This document shows positions 34,994 through 45,387 of a stretch of DNA of 64,000 nt, one piece after another; position 1 is the first letter of the stretch, and every line of letters begins with the position of its first letter. This DNA comes from a virus. The notes below the pieces were generated by a model. The model did not search any database. It saw only the letters and a list, made by a program, of their open reading frames with translations, and was not told the origin of the DNA. The stretch covers positions 1,010 to 65,009 of the IMG/VR virus record IMGVR_UViG_3300016675_000632. One strand, 5' to 3'. A program made the position numbers and the translations under genes.

Positions 34994-36220
34994 TTATGGA
35001 GTTATTGATTTTTGAATAATGGTAGCCGAAAATGTTACTTCTGTATTATTGGTGTTTGCGCTTGTTACTACAAACATAATATCCGTTTTTTCGGGCAGTC
35101 TTAGCACCACTGTAGGTGGGTCTGTATATTGCATACCGAAAGAAGTTTGAATAGGGCGGCGACCTCTAAAACTTGTTTCTGTTGTTGATTTATGCACAAT
35201 TGCAGTTTTGATAAAAGAACTTGCACCACCTGTTGCGTTGCCTATAGTACAAGACGCTGCTAAAATTTCTACCTCTTTGCCAGCAGGAACGGTATAAACG
35301 CCCGTATTTGTTTGGCTTGTATAGGGCAGCATTATTGCAAAAATGTTAGTTGGCGTGGCTTGTTGGCGAATGGTAATTGTGCCTAAATTGTAGATATTAC
35401 CGTTTGTTGGCTTATAGTACGCTGTATGTATGCGGTAAGCCTTGAATGTTGAATTTTGGGCTGTAGTACCATTTACAGGGATAACACCCTCTTGGTATGC
35501 TGTGGAGTTTGCATCAGCAAGATATTGAACATAGATATTGCCCACGTCGCCCGCGTTACTGCTCACCACTTGCACATTGCCGTCAGCCGCAACAAAGCCC
35601 GCGTAAGGAAAACCACCTCCAGCCGCTACTATTTGAAAAGCTGGCGCGGTTATAATATCCACGTCTGGGTTATATGCAGATTTTTGAATAACAGAAACTC
35701 CAGCGATTAGCCCCATAGATGCAGCTAGAACATAATCTAAAGTAATTTGGTTGCCGTTAATTTGATTAGTTGCCAATTGTGTTGTGGCTGCTGCTGTGTC
35801 TAAGTTGCTCAACCGAATACTTGGCAAAGTGCTACCTTGTATAGTTGTTTGGTCTTGTGCCTCGCTTAATTGCAGTAATTGGTTTGCTGCTGTGGCATCT
35901 CCACCACCGCCACCGCCGCCAGCATTCAAGGCAGCAGTCAAACTATCCCGAACAGCCGCTACATCAGACCCGCTATAAAGCACCCCATTTTCATCGTATA
36001 TTTCGCTGTAGGGCAATCTTGCTAACTCTCGGTGTGGTTTTTCATAGGCCACACAAGAAAAAGCGATTAAATCGGTTGGGTCGGCTTTTATAATATTTAT
36101 AGCCAAGTATTGAGCTGGTATATTTACGGGCGTTTGGTCAGTATATTGGCTTGTCGTTGTGTCGTACCTAGCCGCTATAATATAGCCGTTATTTTTATAA
36201 ATTCTGAACTGTATAGCCAT
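34994..36220 (-). CDS. Virion structural protein (fibre/decoration or receptor-binding candidate)
   Basis: Poly-Gly linker, beta-rich C-domain, GLIAGVSVIQKSAYNPDVD motif; ATG at 36220 preferred. Confidence 0.6.
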   Translation of the reverse strand: MAIQFRIYKNNGYIIAARYDTTTSQYTDQTPVNIPAQYLAINIIKADPTDLIAFSCVAYEKPHRELARLPYSEIYDENGVLYSGSDVAAVRDSLTAALNAGGGGGGGDATAANQLLQLSEAQDQTTIQGSTLPSIRLSNLDTAAATTQLATNQINGNQITLDYVLAASMGLIAGVSVIQKSAYNPDVDIITAPAFQIVAAGGGFPYAGFVAADGNVQVVSSNAGDVGNIYVQYLADANSTAYQEGVIPVNGTTAQNSTFKAYRIHTAYYKPTNGNIYNLGTITIRQQATPTNIFAIMLPYTSQTNTGVYTVPAGKEVEILAASCTIGNATGGASSFIKTAIVHKSTTETSFRGRRPIQTSFGMQYTDPPTVVLRLPEKTDIMFVVTSANTNNTEVTFSATIIQKSITP

Positions 36221-36230
36221 ATTTTTAATA

Positions 36231-36262
36231 AAAAAAGGCGCAAAGGCTTTAACCCTTGCGCC
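36231..36262 (-). terminator. Intrinsic terminator
   Basis: GGCGCAAGGG/CCTTTGCGCC plus T6. Confidence 0.65.
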
Positions 36263-36293
36263 CTCATTATGCAATTATTTTTTTTACAAAAGA

Positions 36294-36746
36294 CTAAGCA
36301 AATGCTACCGAAGTGCCATTTACAATTAGCGTTTGGGGAACATAACCCGCTACCGATTGGATAGTAACAACTAAGTTGCCACCAGTACCCGTAACGGTCA
36401 AATTTACACCCCCCCCAACGAGCGACTGCTCAAGCCCAAGCGAACCCTCAACTAATGCCTTTTCAAGCTGTATTTTGTCGGCTGCAAAGGTATTGAAAGC
36501 CAAATTTACGCCGATTTCTTTGGTGTAAGAAACTCCGTTTACTTGGAATGTATAACGGCGGACATTGTATATCGTTGCACCCGTAAAGCTCGCAATTGTA
36601 GCAGTTTTTGTTACAAGAGGCAAAGCGCTATTTGTTGGGCTGGCGCAACCGCAAACGATATTACCAGAAAAATCAAAATCGGACTGCGCGTAAGGTGCGC
36701 CGTCTAAAATATCCCCATTGATTGGGTAGAATTGAGTTGTTGCCAT
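36294..36746 (-). CDS. Probable structural protein
   Basis: T/G/V-rich beta composition within the head operon. Confidence 0.6.
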   Translation of the reverse strand: MATTQFYPINGDILDGAPYAQSDFDFSGNIVCGCASPTNSALPLVTKTATIASFTGATIYNVRRYTFQVNGVSYTKEIGVNLAFNTFAADKIQLEKALVEGSLGLEQSLVGGGVNLTVTGTGGNLVVTIQSVAGYVPQTLIVNGTSVAFA

Positions 36747-36770
36747 AGCAATAAAAGGTTTTTTTAGTGA

Positions 36771-37037
36771 TTACCAACGCCCCTCTGGGCATTTTACCGT
36801 TTCTAATTCTTCGCGTTTATATGCTACCGAATCATAAACCAATTTTGTTTTTAATTCTAAATTACAGCCGCAAACTTTACATTGAGCGAACCCGAATTTA
36901 TTTGTCATCATCGGGCATTTTTTGCAAATATCCATTCTTTGCTGGGCTATTTCTTCGCTGACTTTTTGTTCTTTTTCCCAATCCATCAGCAATTTAAACA
37001 GCCTACCGCCCTTTTTCAATAGTTCTATTACTTTCAT
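36771..37037 (-). CDS. Cys-rich small protein (DUF6171-like)
   Basis: RMDICKKCP...CKVCGCNLELKT...KCPEGRW. Confidence 0.75.
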   Translation of the reverse strand: MKVIELLKKGGRLFKLLMDWEKEQKVSEEIAQQRMDICKKCPMMTNKFGFAQCKVCGCNLELKTKLVYDSVAYKREELETVKCPEGRW

Positions 37038-37040
37038 TTG

Positions 37041-37697
37041 CTATAATAGTTGAATGCCAAAAAAACTATCGTTATCGTATCTCTGTGGCTCCATTATCTG
37101 AAGTGATTTCTTGCAAGCGTTAGCGCAGGGATATAAAAGCGGGTTTCGTTTTAAATAAGCTTCCAAATTGCTTATTATCATATCCACGTAGCTTTTTAGG
37201 TTTTGCGTCTTATGGCTAATATCCGTCAAAGATGCAGGAACTACCGTATCCGTTTGGGTCTTAACCATTCCCGCAGCCGTAAATTTTACCGCGCTATCGT
37301 TCCAAGCTGTTATTTCTATATTGGCAGCTATAATCTTTACTAAGTATTTATTCCAAATCTCATTATTTGCAGCAGTTGTAAACTTGTTGGGCAGCTTAAA
37401 GTATATTGAATTTGTTGGGCTTTCTTGCCCTGTGGTTGTGGTGATAACCTCGTATATTTCGCCCTCAAATTGCACGTAATCCCCAACGTTGTAAATCACG
37501 CCTATAGCAAACGCCGTAGGCATCGGGATAACGGCTAAATCAGCGATTAACGACTGATAAAAATCCCAGCCCAAGCAGGTAGAGTTGTTAAAAATCCCCT
37601 CTTCTGTGGCTTCTAAAAACGCACAAATTAGCGGGATTGGAACGTCTTTGCCGATAGTAGAATTTCTTTGTATATCGTAAGGGGTTGCTATAGACAT
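37041..37697 (-). CDS. Head-tail adaptor
   Basis: Downstream of the portal; size and motifs fit Bacteroidota-phage adaptors (DUF6712-like). Confidence 0.65.
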   Translation of the reverse strand: MSIATPYDIQRNSTIGKDVPIPLICAFLEATEEGIFNNSTCLGWDFYQSLIADLAVIPMPTAFAIGVIYNVGDYVQFEGEIYEVITTTTGQESPTNSIYFKLPNKFTTAANNEIWNKYLVKIIAANIEITAWNDSAVKFTAAGMVKTQTDTVVPASLTDISHKTQNLKSYVDMIISNLEAYLKRNPLLYPCANACKKSLQIMEPQRYDNDSFFGIQLL

Positions 37698-37716
37698 AAT
37701 TAAAAAGGGGGTTAAA

Positions 37717-39138
37717 TTATTCGCTTTCTGGGTTGTCTTCTGGGTCTTCTTCGTCAGCCGATTGTATAACTGAAGGTTTATTATCCGCTTTATTTGCTGG
37801 TTGTGCTACCATCATTTTTTGTTCAGAAAAACTTTCAAAAGTTTCTAAAAATTGGGGCGGTTTTAAATCAATAATTAAACCGTCGCTATTTGCATAACCC
37901 ACCCACTCAAACAGCCCCTCTATAACATCGTTAAATAAGGGCAAAACTTGTTCTTTAAAATCAATCACATTAACGCTATAAAAAGCTAATGCGGCTTGAT
38001 ATAAAGCGTTTCCACCGCTCAAATTATTGCCACCCTTTTCTATCAAAATTTCATTAACTCCACAAGTTGAGCGTATCTTTTTTTGGCAATCGTTGGCTAC
38101 CCACTCAAAATACTTACTATCCGCCGTTGGCTGTATTGGCACAATTTGGGGTGGCTTGTTATTTTCGCCCGATGGATAAGTTATGGGTAAAACACCCAAA
38201 ATATCCCTTGCATCGTTTGAGCCGTTGGCTGTATAGTTTCTATTAAACCTATCTAATTTTTGGCGATTTTCTTCTTTGGTGTCTTTGTTTGCCAACTCTG
38301 GGACTTGTTGTATTAAGGCGAGGGTTGGCAAAAGTCTTTTATCAAAAGATAAACCACTGTATTTTAGAAGTTGATACTCTAGATAAATTGAATATAAAGC
38401 CCCTGTACTGTAGGGCAACCCATACCAAAATCTATCTGCGTTTTCTTGCTTGATGTGGTAAATGCTGCGTTCCGTACCGTCTTCAAATTCTGAAAAATTA
38501 GGGAATACGGCGTACTTCTGAAACGAAACATTCGGGTCGTAATTCAACGCCAAAAAGTCCTCGCATCGGATAGCCCAATTCCCTAATTCGTTTGTATCTT
38601 CGGTGTTTTCGTACCTAAAATTGGTAAAACTTAACTCTCTAATTCTTGCGCCTTTTGCCTTGCCTTTTTGCTTTCTTATAATCTCTACGCAAGCATTACC
38701 ATAAACGAGCATATCTAAAGCGGCTTTCTGAATAGCTTTTTTTAGGTCTTTTATACCCTCTTTGCCGCCCAACATAGCGGTTAGCGTGTTGATAAATTGC
38801 TTGCTTTGCGCAAGAGTAATCGGCGTTTCATCTTCTCCTATATCAAAATCGCTACTCTGCCGCTTTACGGTTAATCTGCGCCCTAAATAGGTTTTGTATA
38901 GATTATTGCAACCCGACAAGGTGGGCGTTGTTGTTGCCATATCGCCTAAAAAACGAACAGTTGCATCGCCGCCCTCAAGAAAAGAGATAATGTTTACCCT
39001 ACCTAAAGCCTGTAAACCTCTAGAGTAACTTAATTCGTACTCCTTTATCTCATCTACTAAGGGCGTAGTGGATTCGGACATTAAGCCCGTATAAGTGCGC
39101 TTTTCCTCACTTACTACGGTAAAAATCGGTTTACTCAT
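37717..39138 (-). CDS. Portal protein
   Basis: 473 aa; DMLVYGNACVEI and WYGLPYSTGALYSIYLE motifs. Confidence 0.85.
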   Translation of the reverse strand: MSKPIFTVVSEEKRTYTGLMSESTTPLVDEIKEYELSYSRGLQALGRVNIISFLEGGDATVRFLGDMATTTPTLSGCNNLYKTYLGRRLTVKRQSSDFDIGEDETPITLAQSKQFINTLTAMLGGKEGIKDLKKAIQKAALDMLVYGNACVEIIRKQKGKAKGARIRELSFTNFRYENTEDTNELGNWAIRCEDFLALNYDPNVSFQKYAVFPNFSEFEDGTERSIYHIKQENADRFWYGLPYSTGALYSIYLEYQLLKYSGLSFDKRLLPTLALIQQVPELANKDTKEENRQKLDRFNRNYTANGSNDARDILGVLPITYPSGENNKPPQIVPIQPTADSKYFEWVANDCQKKIRSTCGVNEILIEKGGNNLSGGNALYQAALAFYSVNVIDFKEQVLPLFNDVIEGLFEWVGYANSDGLIIDLKPPQFLETFESFSEQKMMVAQPANKADNKPSVIQSADEEDPEDNPESE

Positions 39139-39151
39139 TAGCTAAAAAGGT

Positions 39152-39739
39152 TTAAGGCACTAAGGCTGCTATAACTGCGGTTGCGGCTGCTGTGCTTAAT
39201 GATAGGAACGCGTTGTCGGATTTAGGCGACTGCTGCGCAAACACATAAGTAGTCGTTGGGACATCGCCAACGGCTGCGCCTGTATTGTGTGTTGTTTTGG
39301 CTTGTATGCCATTTGGCGAAAAAACTGTAGATGATGCAGCTGGTTTATTTACCCCAACAACAATCCACTCATCGGTGGCGTTTCGGAGTTGAGCAACTAG
39401 AACGAGCTTGCAACATTTTTGCAGGTCGGCAGATAATTGGTTGTTAGTCAGCCCAACGCCCACGCGGGTAGCTGTTACCGTTTGCGTGTAGTTGGTTACT
39501 TGCCCGTCGCTTGGTGCAGCTTCAAAGCTATTTGTTGCGCCGTCCTCATCTATTTCTATTTCGTGAACAGACGAAGTGGGCAAACCTGTAATAGCTGTTA
39601 TTTGCTCGCGAGTAGCACCCGTACCTAATGTTTTTGTCGCTGCGTTCCAAGTTGTTTTTGTCATCACGAACAGACGGCGGAAACTTCCGCTACCGCCGCA
39701 CGTGTCATCTATCTCATAAGGGCCTGAAAGGTCGCACAT
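39152..39739 (-). CDS. Major tail (tube) protein
   Basis: MCD...CGGSG...YTQTVT...LVLVAQ...WIVVG...TGAAVGD pattern of Bacteroidota siphophage tail tubes. Confidence 0.75.
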   Translation of the reverse strand: MCDLSGPYEIDDTCGGSGSFRRLFVMTKTTWNAATKTLGTGATREQITAITGLPTSSVHEIEIDEDGATNSFEAAPSDGQVTNYTQTVTATRVGVGLTNNQLSADLQKCCKLVLVAQLRNATDEWIVVGVNKPAASSTVFSPNGIQAKTTHNTGAAVGDVPTTTYVFAQQSPKSDNAFLSLSTAAATAVIAALVP

Positions 39740-39773
39740 ATTTTTAAGATTTTATAGTTAAAAAAACATTGGA

Positions 39774-40976
39774 TTAGACAGCAAAATTTGTGCTGCTCGC
39801 GTATCCAATAACAGTTTGGATAAACTCCAATACCCCAGAACCCATATTTACGTTACCCATAATGTTGATAACGCCAAGCTCTCTGTCGTTTGTGCTTGGT
39901 CTTGCAAGCAATGCAACGTTTTCTTGGCTCGGTAAATCTTGCCCAGAAGTGGTTACGCCCATATTCATAATCATAGAGGCGAACATACGGCAGTTTTTCT
40001 CGTGCTTAATAGGTCCTAAATTGGGGACGTTGCTATTCACCAACGTTTTAGCCTCGCGCCCGTACAAATAGCTTTCAACAAACGGGCGAATAGTATAACC
40101 CATAAAACGAATGGTTGAAACCATAGGGTTAAAATTCTCTTGTTTGTCCACGCCAATAAGGGTAGAACCAGCAACACCAGCGATATAAGCAGCGTTAAGG
40201 GATTGCAAAATCGCGGGGTCAGCCATAATAACCACCATATCGGGGTTACTTTGCATTTCTGGGCTAAACAACGATACAAAGCCTGTTAGTCTTTCTATTA
40301 CGTTGTTAGGGTTCAGTATGTTGTTGCCAGCGTTACCGTCGTTGGTGTCAAAATATGCCGTTCTGTCGGGGTCGGTAGACAAAGACGAGTTTAACATATC
40401 CGTCCAAACACCGTCTTGAGTAGCGATAAACTTCTCAAAAAACGGATAATTGGTATCAGTTGTAGCAACGCCATTTCTACGTCCTGCGGTATTGCTACCC
40501 GCAACGAAAGAGGTATCGCCAAACATTGCGCCGTATTGAACCTCATCAACAATTCTATCTACAAGACTTTTGAGGGTCAAAGCCCAAAAGAACGAACCAA
40601 TTTTGCTTCGCAAAGTTGAGCCTATAGGGTCGCTCACAGCTTCGGCAATGGTCGTTTGGGTTTCGCTTCCACAGTATTTTGCCTCAATTTCTTGGGTGCA
40701 ATAAGTCGTGAAAGTTTCAAAGTCTTTATTTTTTATTGTGATTTGGCTTAAGCGAAGTTTGCCAGCTTTGCCGTTATTGATGCAATTTTCTGTTTTTGCA
40801 CTCAACGCGTAGGGTCGCTGCCCTGTCAGATTGACCACCATTTTACCATTTACACGTCTTGCAACGGTAGCCAAATTCAAACCTCTATCAAATAAAACCG
40901 ACCTTGGCCGTGCGTATGCTTTTGTGAGATAGTAAGTTAATTTTTCCGTTCTAATGATTGCCTGAAATTCTGCCAT
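39774..40976 (-). CDS. Major capsid protein
   Basis: 400 aa, downstream of protease and scaffold; HK97-fold-like ending NVNMGSGVLEFIQTVIG. Confidence 0.75.
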   Translation of the reverse strand: MAEFQAIIRTEKLTYYLTKAYARPRSVLFDRGLNLATVARRVNGKMVVNLTGQRPYALSAKTENCINNGKAGKLRLSQITIKNKDFETFTTYCTQEIEAKYCGSETQTTIAEAVSDPIGSTLRSKIGSFFWALTLKSLVDRIVDEVQYGAMFGDTSFVAGSNTAGRRNGVATTDTNYPFFEKFIATQDGVWTDMLNSSLSTDPDRTAYFDTNDGNAGNNILNPNNVIERLTGFVSLFSPEMQSNPDMVVIMADPAILQSLNAAYIAGVAGSTLIGVDKQENFNPMVSTIRFMGYTIRPFVESYLYGREAKTLVNSNVPNLGPIKHEKNCRMFASMIMNMGVTTSGQDLPSQENVALLARPSTNDRELGVINIMGNVNMGSGVLEFIQTVIGYASSTNFAV

Positions 40977-40999
40977 AATTTTATTTTTAGGAGAGTTTA

Positions 41000-41305
41000 T
41001 TATGATTGTGTGCTTTCGGTTTTGCCACTTTTGGCGGTTACTGTTACTTTAGCGTTGGATTGTAGCTCTTCGTAGAAACTACCGCCTCTCGCCATTTCGC
41101 AACATACGCGAGCCTGCCGAATAATCAGACCCACATTTGCAGGATTGTTAAGCCAAGAGTTTATTTTTTCCATCAACGAAGTATATTCGGTGTTTAACCC
41201 TGCCTCGTGATACTCTTTTGCTTTTTGCGTAAAATCCGCTAAATCGCTTTTTTGTTTTGGGGAGGTTGCCCCCCAATTGACAAATAAAAATTTATCTTTA
41301 CCCAT
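41000..41305 (-). CDS. Hypothetical head-region protein
   Basis: ORF track. Confidence 0.7.
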   Translation of the reverse strand: MGKDKFLFVNWGATSPKQKSDLADFTQKAKEYHEAGLNTEYTSLMEKINSWLNNPANVGLIIRQARVCCEMARGGSFYEELQSNAKVTVTAKSGKTESTQS

Positions 41306-41308
41306 TTT

Positions 41309-42010
41309 TTAGCCTTTTAGGTTTTGGTGCAACTCAACGATTTCTTCAGTGGCTTCTTTGATAATGCGCGAGGTTGGCAATTCGCCTTTTATCTCAACGG
41401 TCAAGCCGTCTATGGTCAAAGATATTCCGCCTTTATCTTCGCTGGCTCTTGCTGGGATAGGCGAATTATCAGCTTTTTTGTTTTTCACTACAGCCGCGTT
41501 AATTTCGCCGTCCAACTCGCTCTGTTCTTGTCTTTGCTCTTGGCTTTCTAACTTTGCTTTAGCTTCTGCTGCTTGTTTTGTCGCCGCTTCTGCTTGTTTT
41601 GTAGCTTCGGCTGCTTTGGCTTCGGCTGCTTGTTTTGCCGCTTCAATTGCTTCGTTTTTTGTTCGCAATTCAGCAATTTCTGCTCTTAGGGAAGCGTTAG
41701 CCTCTTCTATCATTTTGGCTATATCTTCTTTGTTCATATCCGAGTTATTGGGATTTGTGGCTTCTGCCGTTATTGGATTAGGTTGCGTTGTTTGATTGTC
41801 CGCTTCTTGGGTGGCTTCTGCGGTTGGGGCTAACAAACCCTTGATAGCCGCAGCCATTTTTTTACCTTGTTCGGTTTGGTCTAATGCTGCGATTTCTTCG
41901 GGGCTTAGTGGCTTGCCATTTTTAGAAGTGCCAAAAATCCCGAAAAAATTAAACTTCCCCCAAATTTTTGCGAGGAAACCTTCCTCTTTTATTTCTTGCT
42001 GTTTATCCAT
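41309..42010 (-). CDS. Scaffold protein candidate
   Basis: A/E/K-rich coiled coil between the protease and the capsid gene. Confidence 0.65.
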   Translation of the reverse strand: MDKQQEIKEEGFLAKIWGKFNFFGIFGTSKNGKPLSPEEIAALDQTEQGKKMAAAIKGLLAPTAEATQEADNQTTQPNPITAEATNPNNSDMNKEDIAKMIEEANASLRAEIAELRTKNEAIEAAKQAAEAKAAEATKQAEAATKQAAEAKAKLESQEQRQEQSELDGEINAAVVKNKKADNSPIPARASEDKGGISLTIDGLTVEIKGELPTSRIIKEATEEIVELHQNLKG

Positions 42011-42016
42011 AATCTT

Positions 42017-43009
42017 TTATTTTGCTATAAGAAAATCCAAAACATTAGGCACTGCTTCTTGAGTCGTTGTGCCTCTATCTCTTTGCAGTCTGGCGATTTC
42101 CGCGCTTAATCCGCGCTCGCTCACCTCATCAACAAGCCCAACTTGGCGGGCATCTTGCCCATAATATACTTGACCTGTTAAAATCTCTGGCACATTTTCG
42201 GGCGTGGCTGTTGATAAGTCAAATTGAGCGATGCCAGCTTTTACGCCGCGATTGTTTTGTATATCGCGCAAAAACACGCTATTTATCTTATCCAATTGCT
42301 CGATAAGCAGCTTATCGTTGCCTTTCATAGCGTCCTCGTAAGCCTTGTTTTTGTTGATGGATAAACTCGCCTTAATATCCCTTGTAACAACGCCCAAATT
42401 TTTCTGGTACTCACTCCAATTAGACAAACTAACTAAAATGCCAATGCTACCGACTTGCGCCGTATCTTCTGCCATAATAATTTTATCAGCCCCCGAAATC
42501 AACCAATAAGCAGCAGAGCAAGCGCAACTATCAACAAAAGCCCAAACTTGTTTTTTATAAGTCCCTCTAAATTTTGTTATTGAGCGGCTCAAAGTTTCAA
42601 CTCCAGCGACCTGCCCGCCCCCGCTATCTACGGTTATCATTACAGCTTTTATCCTTGGGTCGTTGCCGATAATATCAAGCGATTTGCTTATTTCGTCTAT
42701 ACCATAGACCCAGCGACCGTTCCACCAATCAAAATAAGATTGCTTTTGTATAAAGCCCCTAATTTCTAAAATAGCTACATTGCCATAGGTTCGCCCATCA
42801 ATTTCTAAGCTACTTTGGATTTCTTGGTCGTCTGCAAATTGTGAATACTCAACTATTTTCTTTTTGTTGGTTGCTATTTTGAAGCCCAAAAAATCAAAAG
42901 GGGGCTTACTTTCGCCTTGCGGGGTTTTGATTTGTTGGCTGTAACTATTTTGCGCCCTTGCTAATTCGGAAGCATCTATTGCCAACGGGCGACCTATTAT
43001 ATCAATCAT
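42017..43009 (-). CDS. Head maturation protease, peptidase S49 family
   Basis: VDSGGG, CACSAAYWLISGAD, QVGSIG, KNKAY motifs. Confidence 0.9.
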   Translation of the reverse strand: MIDIIGRPLAIDASELARAQNSYSQQIKTPQGESKPPFDFLGFKIATNKKKIVEYSQFADDQEIQSSLEIDGRTYGNVAILEIRGFIQKQSYFDWWNGRWVYGIDEISKSLDIIGNDPRIKAVMITVDSGGGQVAGVETLSRSITKFRGTYKKQVWAFVDSCACSAAYWLISGADKIIMAEDTAQVGSIGILVSLSNWSEYQKNLGVVTRDIKASLSINKNKAYEDAMKGNDKLLIEQLDKINSVFLRDIQNNRGVKAGIAQFDLSTATPENVPEILTGQVYYGQDARQVGLVDEVSERGLSAEIARLQRDRGTTTQEAVPNVLDFLIAK

Positions 43010-43109
43010 TTACATATCCCTATAATTATAATTATAAAAAAAAATTCGCTATAAAAAGAACACAAATATAAACAGGCTTTGCCTCGCTGACAATCTTTTT
43101 TTATAAAAC

Positions 43110-43193
43110 GTAATCAAAACGATTAACAAAATACAGGGTATTTAACAAAATGTAATCAAAGCGATTAACAAAAAGCAGGTTTTTTTAATAAAA
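43110..43193. promoter_or_regulatory. 42-bp tandem repeat carrying two TAATC-N5-GATTA palindromes in the divergent late promoter region
   Basis: Palindromes at 43111-43125 and 43153-43167; TAnnTTTG boxes on both strands nearby. Confidence 0.6.
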
Positions 43194-43282
43194 AATAAAA
43201 TATAAAATGCAGGGTATTTGTATTTTGATTATCTTTGCGGGCAATTATTAGTAATACATTTATCATAAACAAAATCAGCAAT

Positions 43283-44254
43283 ATGTCAAATTTTGATTTA
43301 ATCATTGACTTGCTAGACTTGGCAATAAAAGACCAAGAAAGCAACGGCGGGCAATCCTTGGCACTCAAAGCCGTAAAATCGCAAATCGCAAAAGCGTTGA
43401 ACTCATTGAAAGGGCTAAAACTCAACTTGTCAAAAAGCGTTCAAGAGGTTCTCCAAGATGCAGAAATACATATTAAGGTTGCTTTGGATAACTACTCACC
43501 CGAAGTAAAAAAAGAAGCTCAACCTAACAAAGTTGCCGAAGAAAACCCGCACTTGTTGGCAATAAAAGAAAAAGAAAAAGTAATTGCCGCACTCACAACG
43601 CAAGCCCAAGAAATGGAGAGTTTGGCTAATTTAGCCAACAAGCGCGAAAACATTTTGTCCCTTATTGATGCTCACGAAAAAGAACTTGAGCTATTGCTTA
43701 ACGGCAAATTAGCCGAAACCCAAGCCGCAGAGCAAGAAAAAAAAAGCGAGTTAGCATCGCCGCCAACCAATACAGAAACGGCGACTGTTGCGGATAGCGA
43801 AAGCGAACATACCGAAGAACCAGCCGAAGAAAGCCCCGAAAATGTTGAGGACTTGGAGCCGCAAGACGAAACGCCCATCGCGCCAACAATGACAGAGGAC
43901 GAAGAGGCAGCTATAGAAGCCCAAAAATTAGAAGCTATTTGCGAAGAATTTGCTATTGATGTGGCGGAAAAAGTAAAATCCCTGCCAAAAAAGAATTTGA
44001 AAACGGCTGCGGCAATGGTTTTAGATGAAGCCAAGAAAGAGTTTGAAAGTAGTTTTTCACCTGAACTTGATATTGAAAAAACGCCCACAATTATAAAAAT
44101 TGTAAATAAAATCAATTTACAAGGGGCTTTGCCCATACCAGAAGAGGGCGCAACCAACGCCGCGCTTCTAGAAAGATTGCAAGCTGTTTGGCTATCCAAA
44201 TATGAGCAGGCAAAGTCGCAAAAAGCCGAAGACCAAGACAAACCCACAGTATAA
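43283..44254 (+). CDS. Acidic coiled-coil protein, first gene of the tail operon
   Basis: ORF track (43235); ATG at 43283 preferred. Confidence 0.75.
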   Translation: MSNFDLIIDLLDLAIKDQESNGGQSLALKAVKSQIAKALNSLKGLKLNLSKSVQEVLQDAEIHIKVALDNYSPEVKKEAQPNKVAEENPHLLAIKEKEKVIAALTTQAQEMESLANLANKRENILSLIDAHEKELELLLNGKLAETQAAEQEKKSELASPPTNTETATVADSESEHTEEPAEESPENVEDLEPQDETPIAPTMTEDEEAAIEAQKLEAICEEFAIDVAEKVKSLPKKNLKTAAAMVLDEAKKEFESSFSPELDIEKTPTIIKIVNKINLQGALPIPEEGATNAALLERLQAVWLSKYEQAKSQKAEDQDKPTV

Positions 44255-44322
44255 TTTTTTATTCAACCCATAACGAAAGGCGAGGCTTGCGCCTTGCCTT
44301 TTTAATTAAACCGTTTTTAATT

Positions 44323-45387
44323 ATGCAATTGCTAGAAATCACCTATCAAACCGAAAAGAAAATTTATGTTAGCGGTCGGATAAAAAAACAAATCGTTAAG
44401 CTAAGTTTCTGGTATCCCGAAACGCCCAAAGAAATCAACCTAGAAGATTATCAAAAAGCTATAACTGCTACCCAAAAAATGCCCTTATTTTGCAAGGTTA
44501 TTTTGGGTTTCAAATTCGCCAAAGACGTGCCAGCCGTAGAGCGTACCGATAACTTTAATTTTAATAGATGCACAGCAGCAGAAAAGCAGCAAGTTTATGC
44601 ATCTATTAAAAACATTTTATTGCCCCTCCTAAAAATAAAAAAGCTACCTTTGGGGGCAGCTGATATATTTGGAGAGAAAATGCCAACAATAGAACGTTTT
44701 GAGGCTGTAAGCGAAAAAGATTTATCTTTTATGGTTGATGCTGACGTTATGGAATTTCTGCCTGTTAATGATTTAATAGACTTGGTAAAAGTTGTTCTTT
44801 ATAATATATCCGATGCTTTTATCTTACAAAAAACCGAAGGTTTGAGCCAAACGGAAGCGCAGGAGGTTTTAGAGGGCGAGAATGTTATACACCTTTCCTA
44901 TACCGATAAGCAAACTAAGCTAGTAACCAATCGCATTTTCTACCTGCCTTTTGAAAAAGTAAAATCTTTTTACGATAAAATTATCGTAGATGTGATAAAA
45001 GCCAATGCGGGCAAATCAGAGAACGAACAAAAAACTGAAGCCCAATTGAAACGGGAAAAATTATCTAAAACGATACATACTAATTCTTTTCCCGATTACA
45101 TAGCTTGGGACGCTACAACAGCGTTATTTTTTAACGATATGTTGGGAGAAAAAAAGGTAAGCGAAAGTAAAGCGTTAGCCGCTCTACTTGCCGCGCTTTG
45201 TGTGGAGATTGAAACGTTAGAACCTTTGGTAGAAAAGCAGGTTTTGCCCCGTCCAACAGAAGAAATTAGAAAAGAAACGGAGTTGCTTATTGAGCTATTT
45301 GAGCAAAAATTAACAATGGATTGGGTGCATAAAATTAGGTTTTTTTTTTCGCATACATATCAGCTTTACAAAACACACACGCTTTAG
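44323..45387 (+). CDS. Tail assembly chaperone (gpG-like)
   Basis: Tail operon; a T10 slippery tract (45340-49) near the C-terminus (RFFFS). Confidence 0.7.
   Translation: MQLLEITYQTEKKIYVSGRIKKQIVKLSFWYPETPKEINLEDYQKAITATQKMPLFCKVILGFKFAKDVPAVERTDNFNFNRCTAAEKQQVYASIKNILLPLLKIKKLPLGAADIFGEKMPTIERFEAVSEKDLSFMVDADVMEFLPVNDLIDLVKVVLYNISDAFILQKTEGLSQTEAQEVLEGENVIHLSYTDKQTKLVTNRIFYLPFEKVKSFYDKIIVDVIKANAGKSENEQKTEAQLKREKLSKTIHTNSFPDYIAWDATTALFFNDMLGEKKVSESKALAALLAALCVEIETLEPLVEKQVLPRPTEEIRKETELLIELFEQKLTMDWVHKIRFFFSHTYQLYKTHTL

Noticed and set aside
35895-35925. GGTGGC repeats
   Set aside because: They encode a poly-Gly linker in a structural protein.
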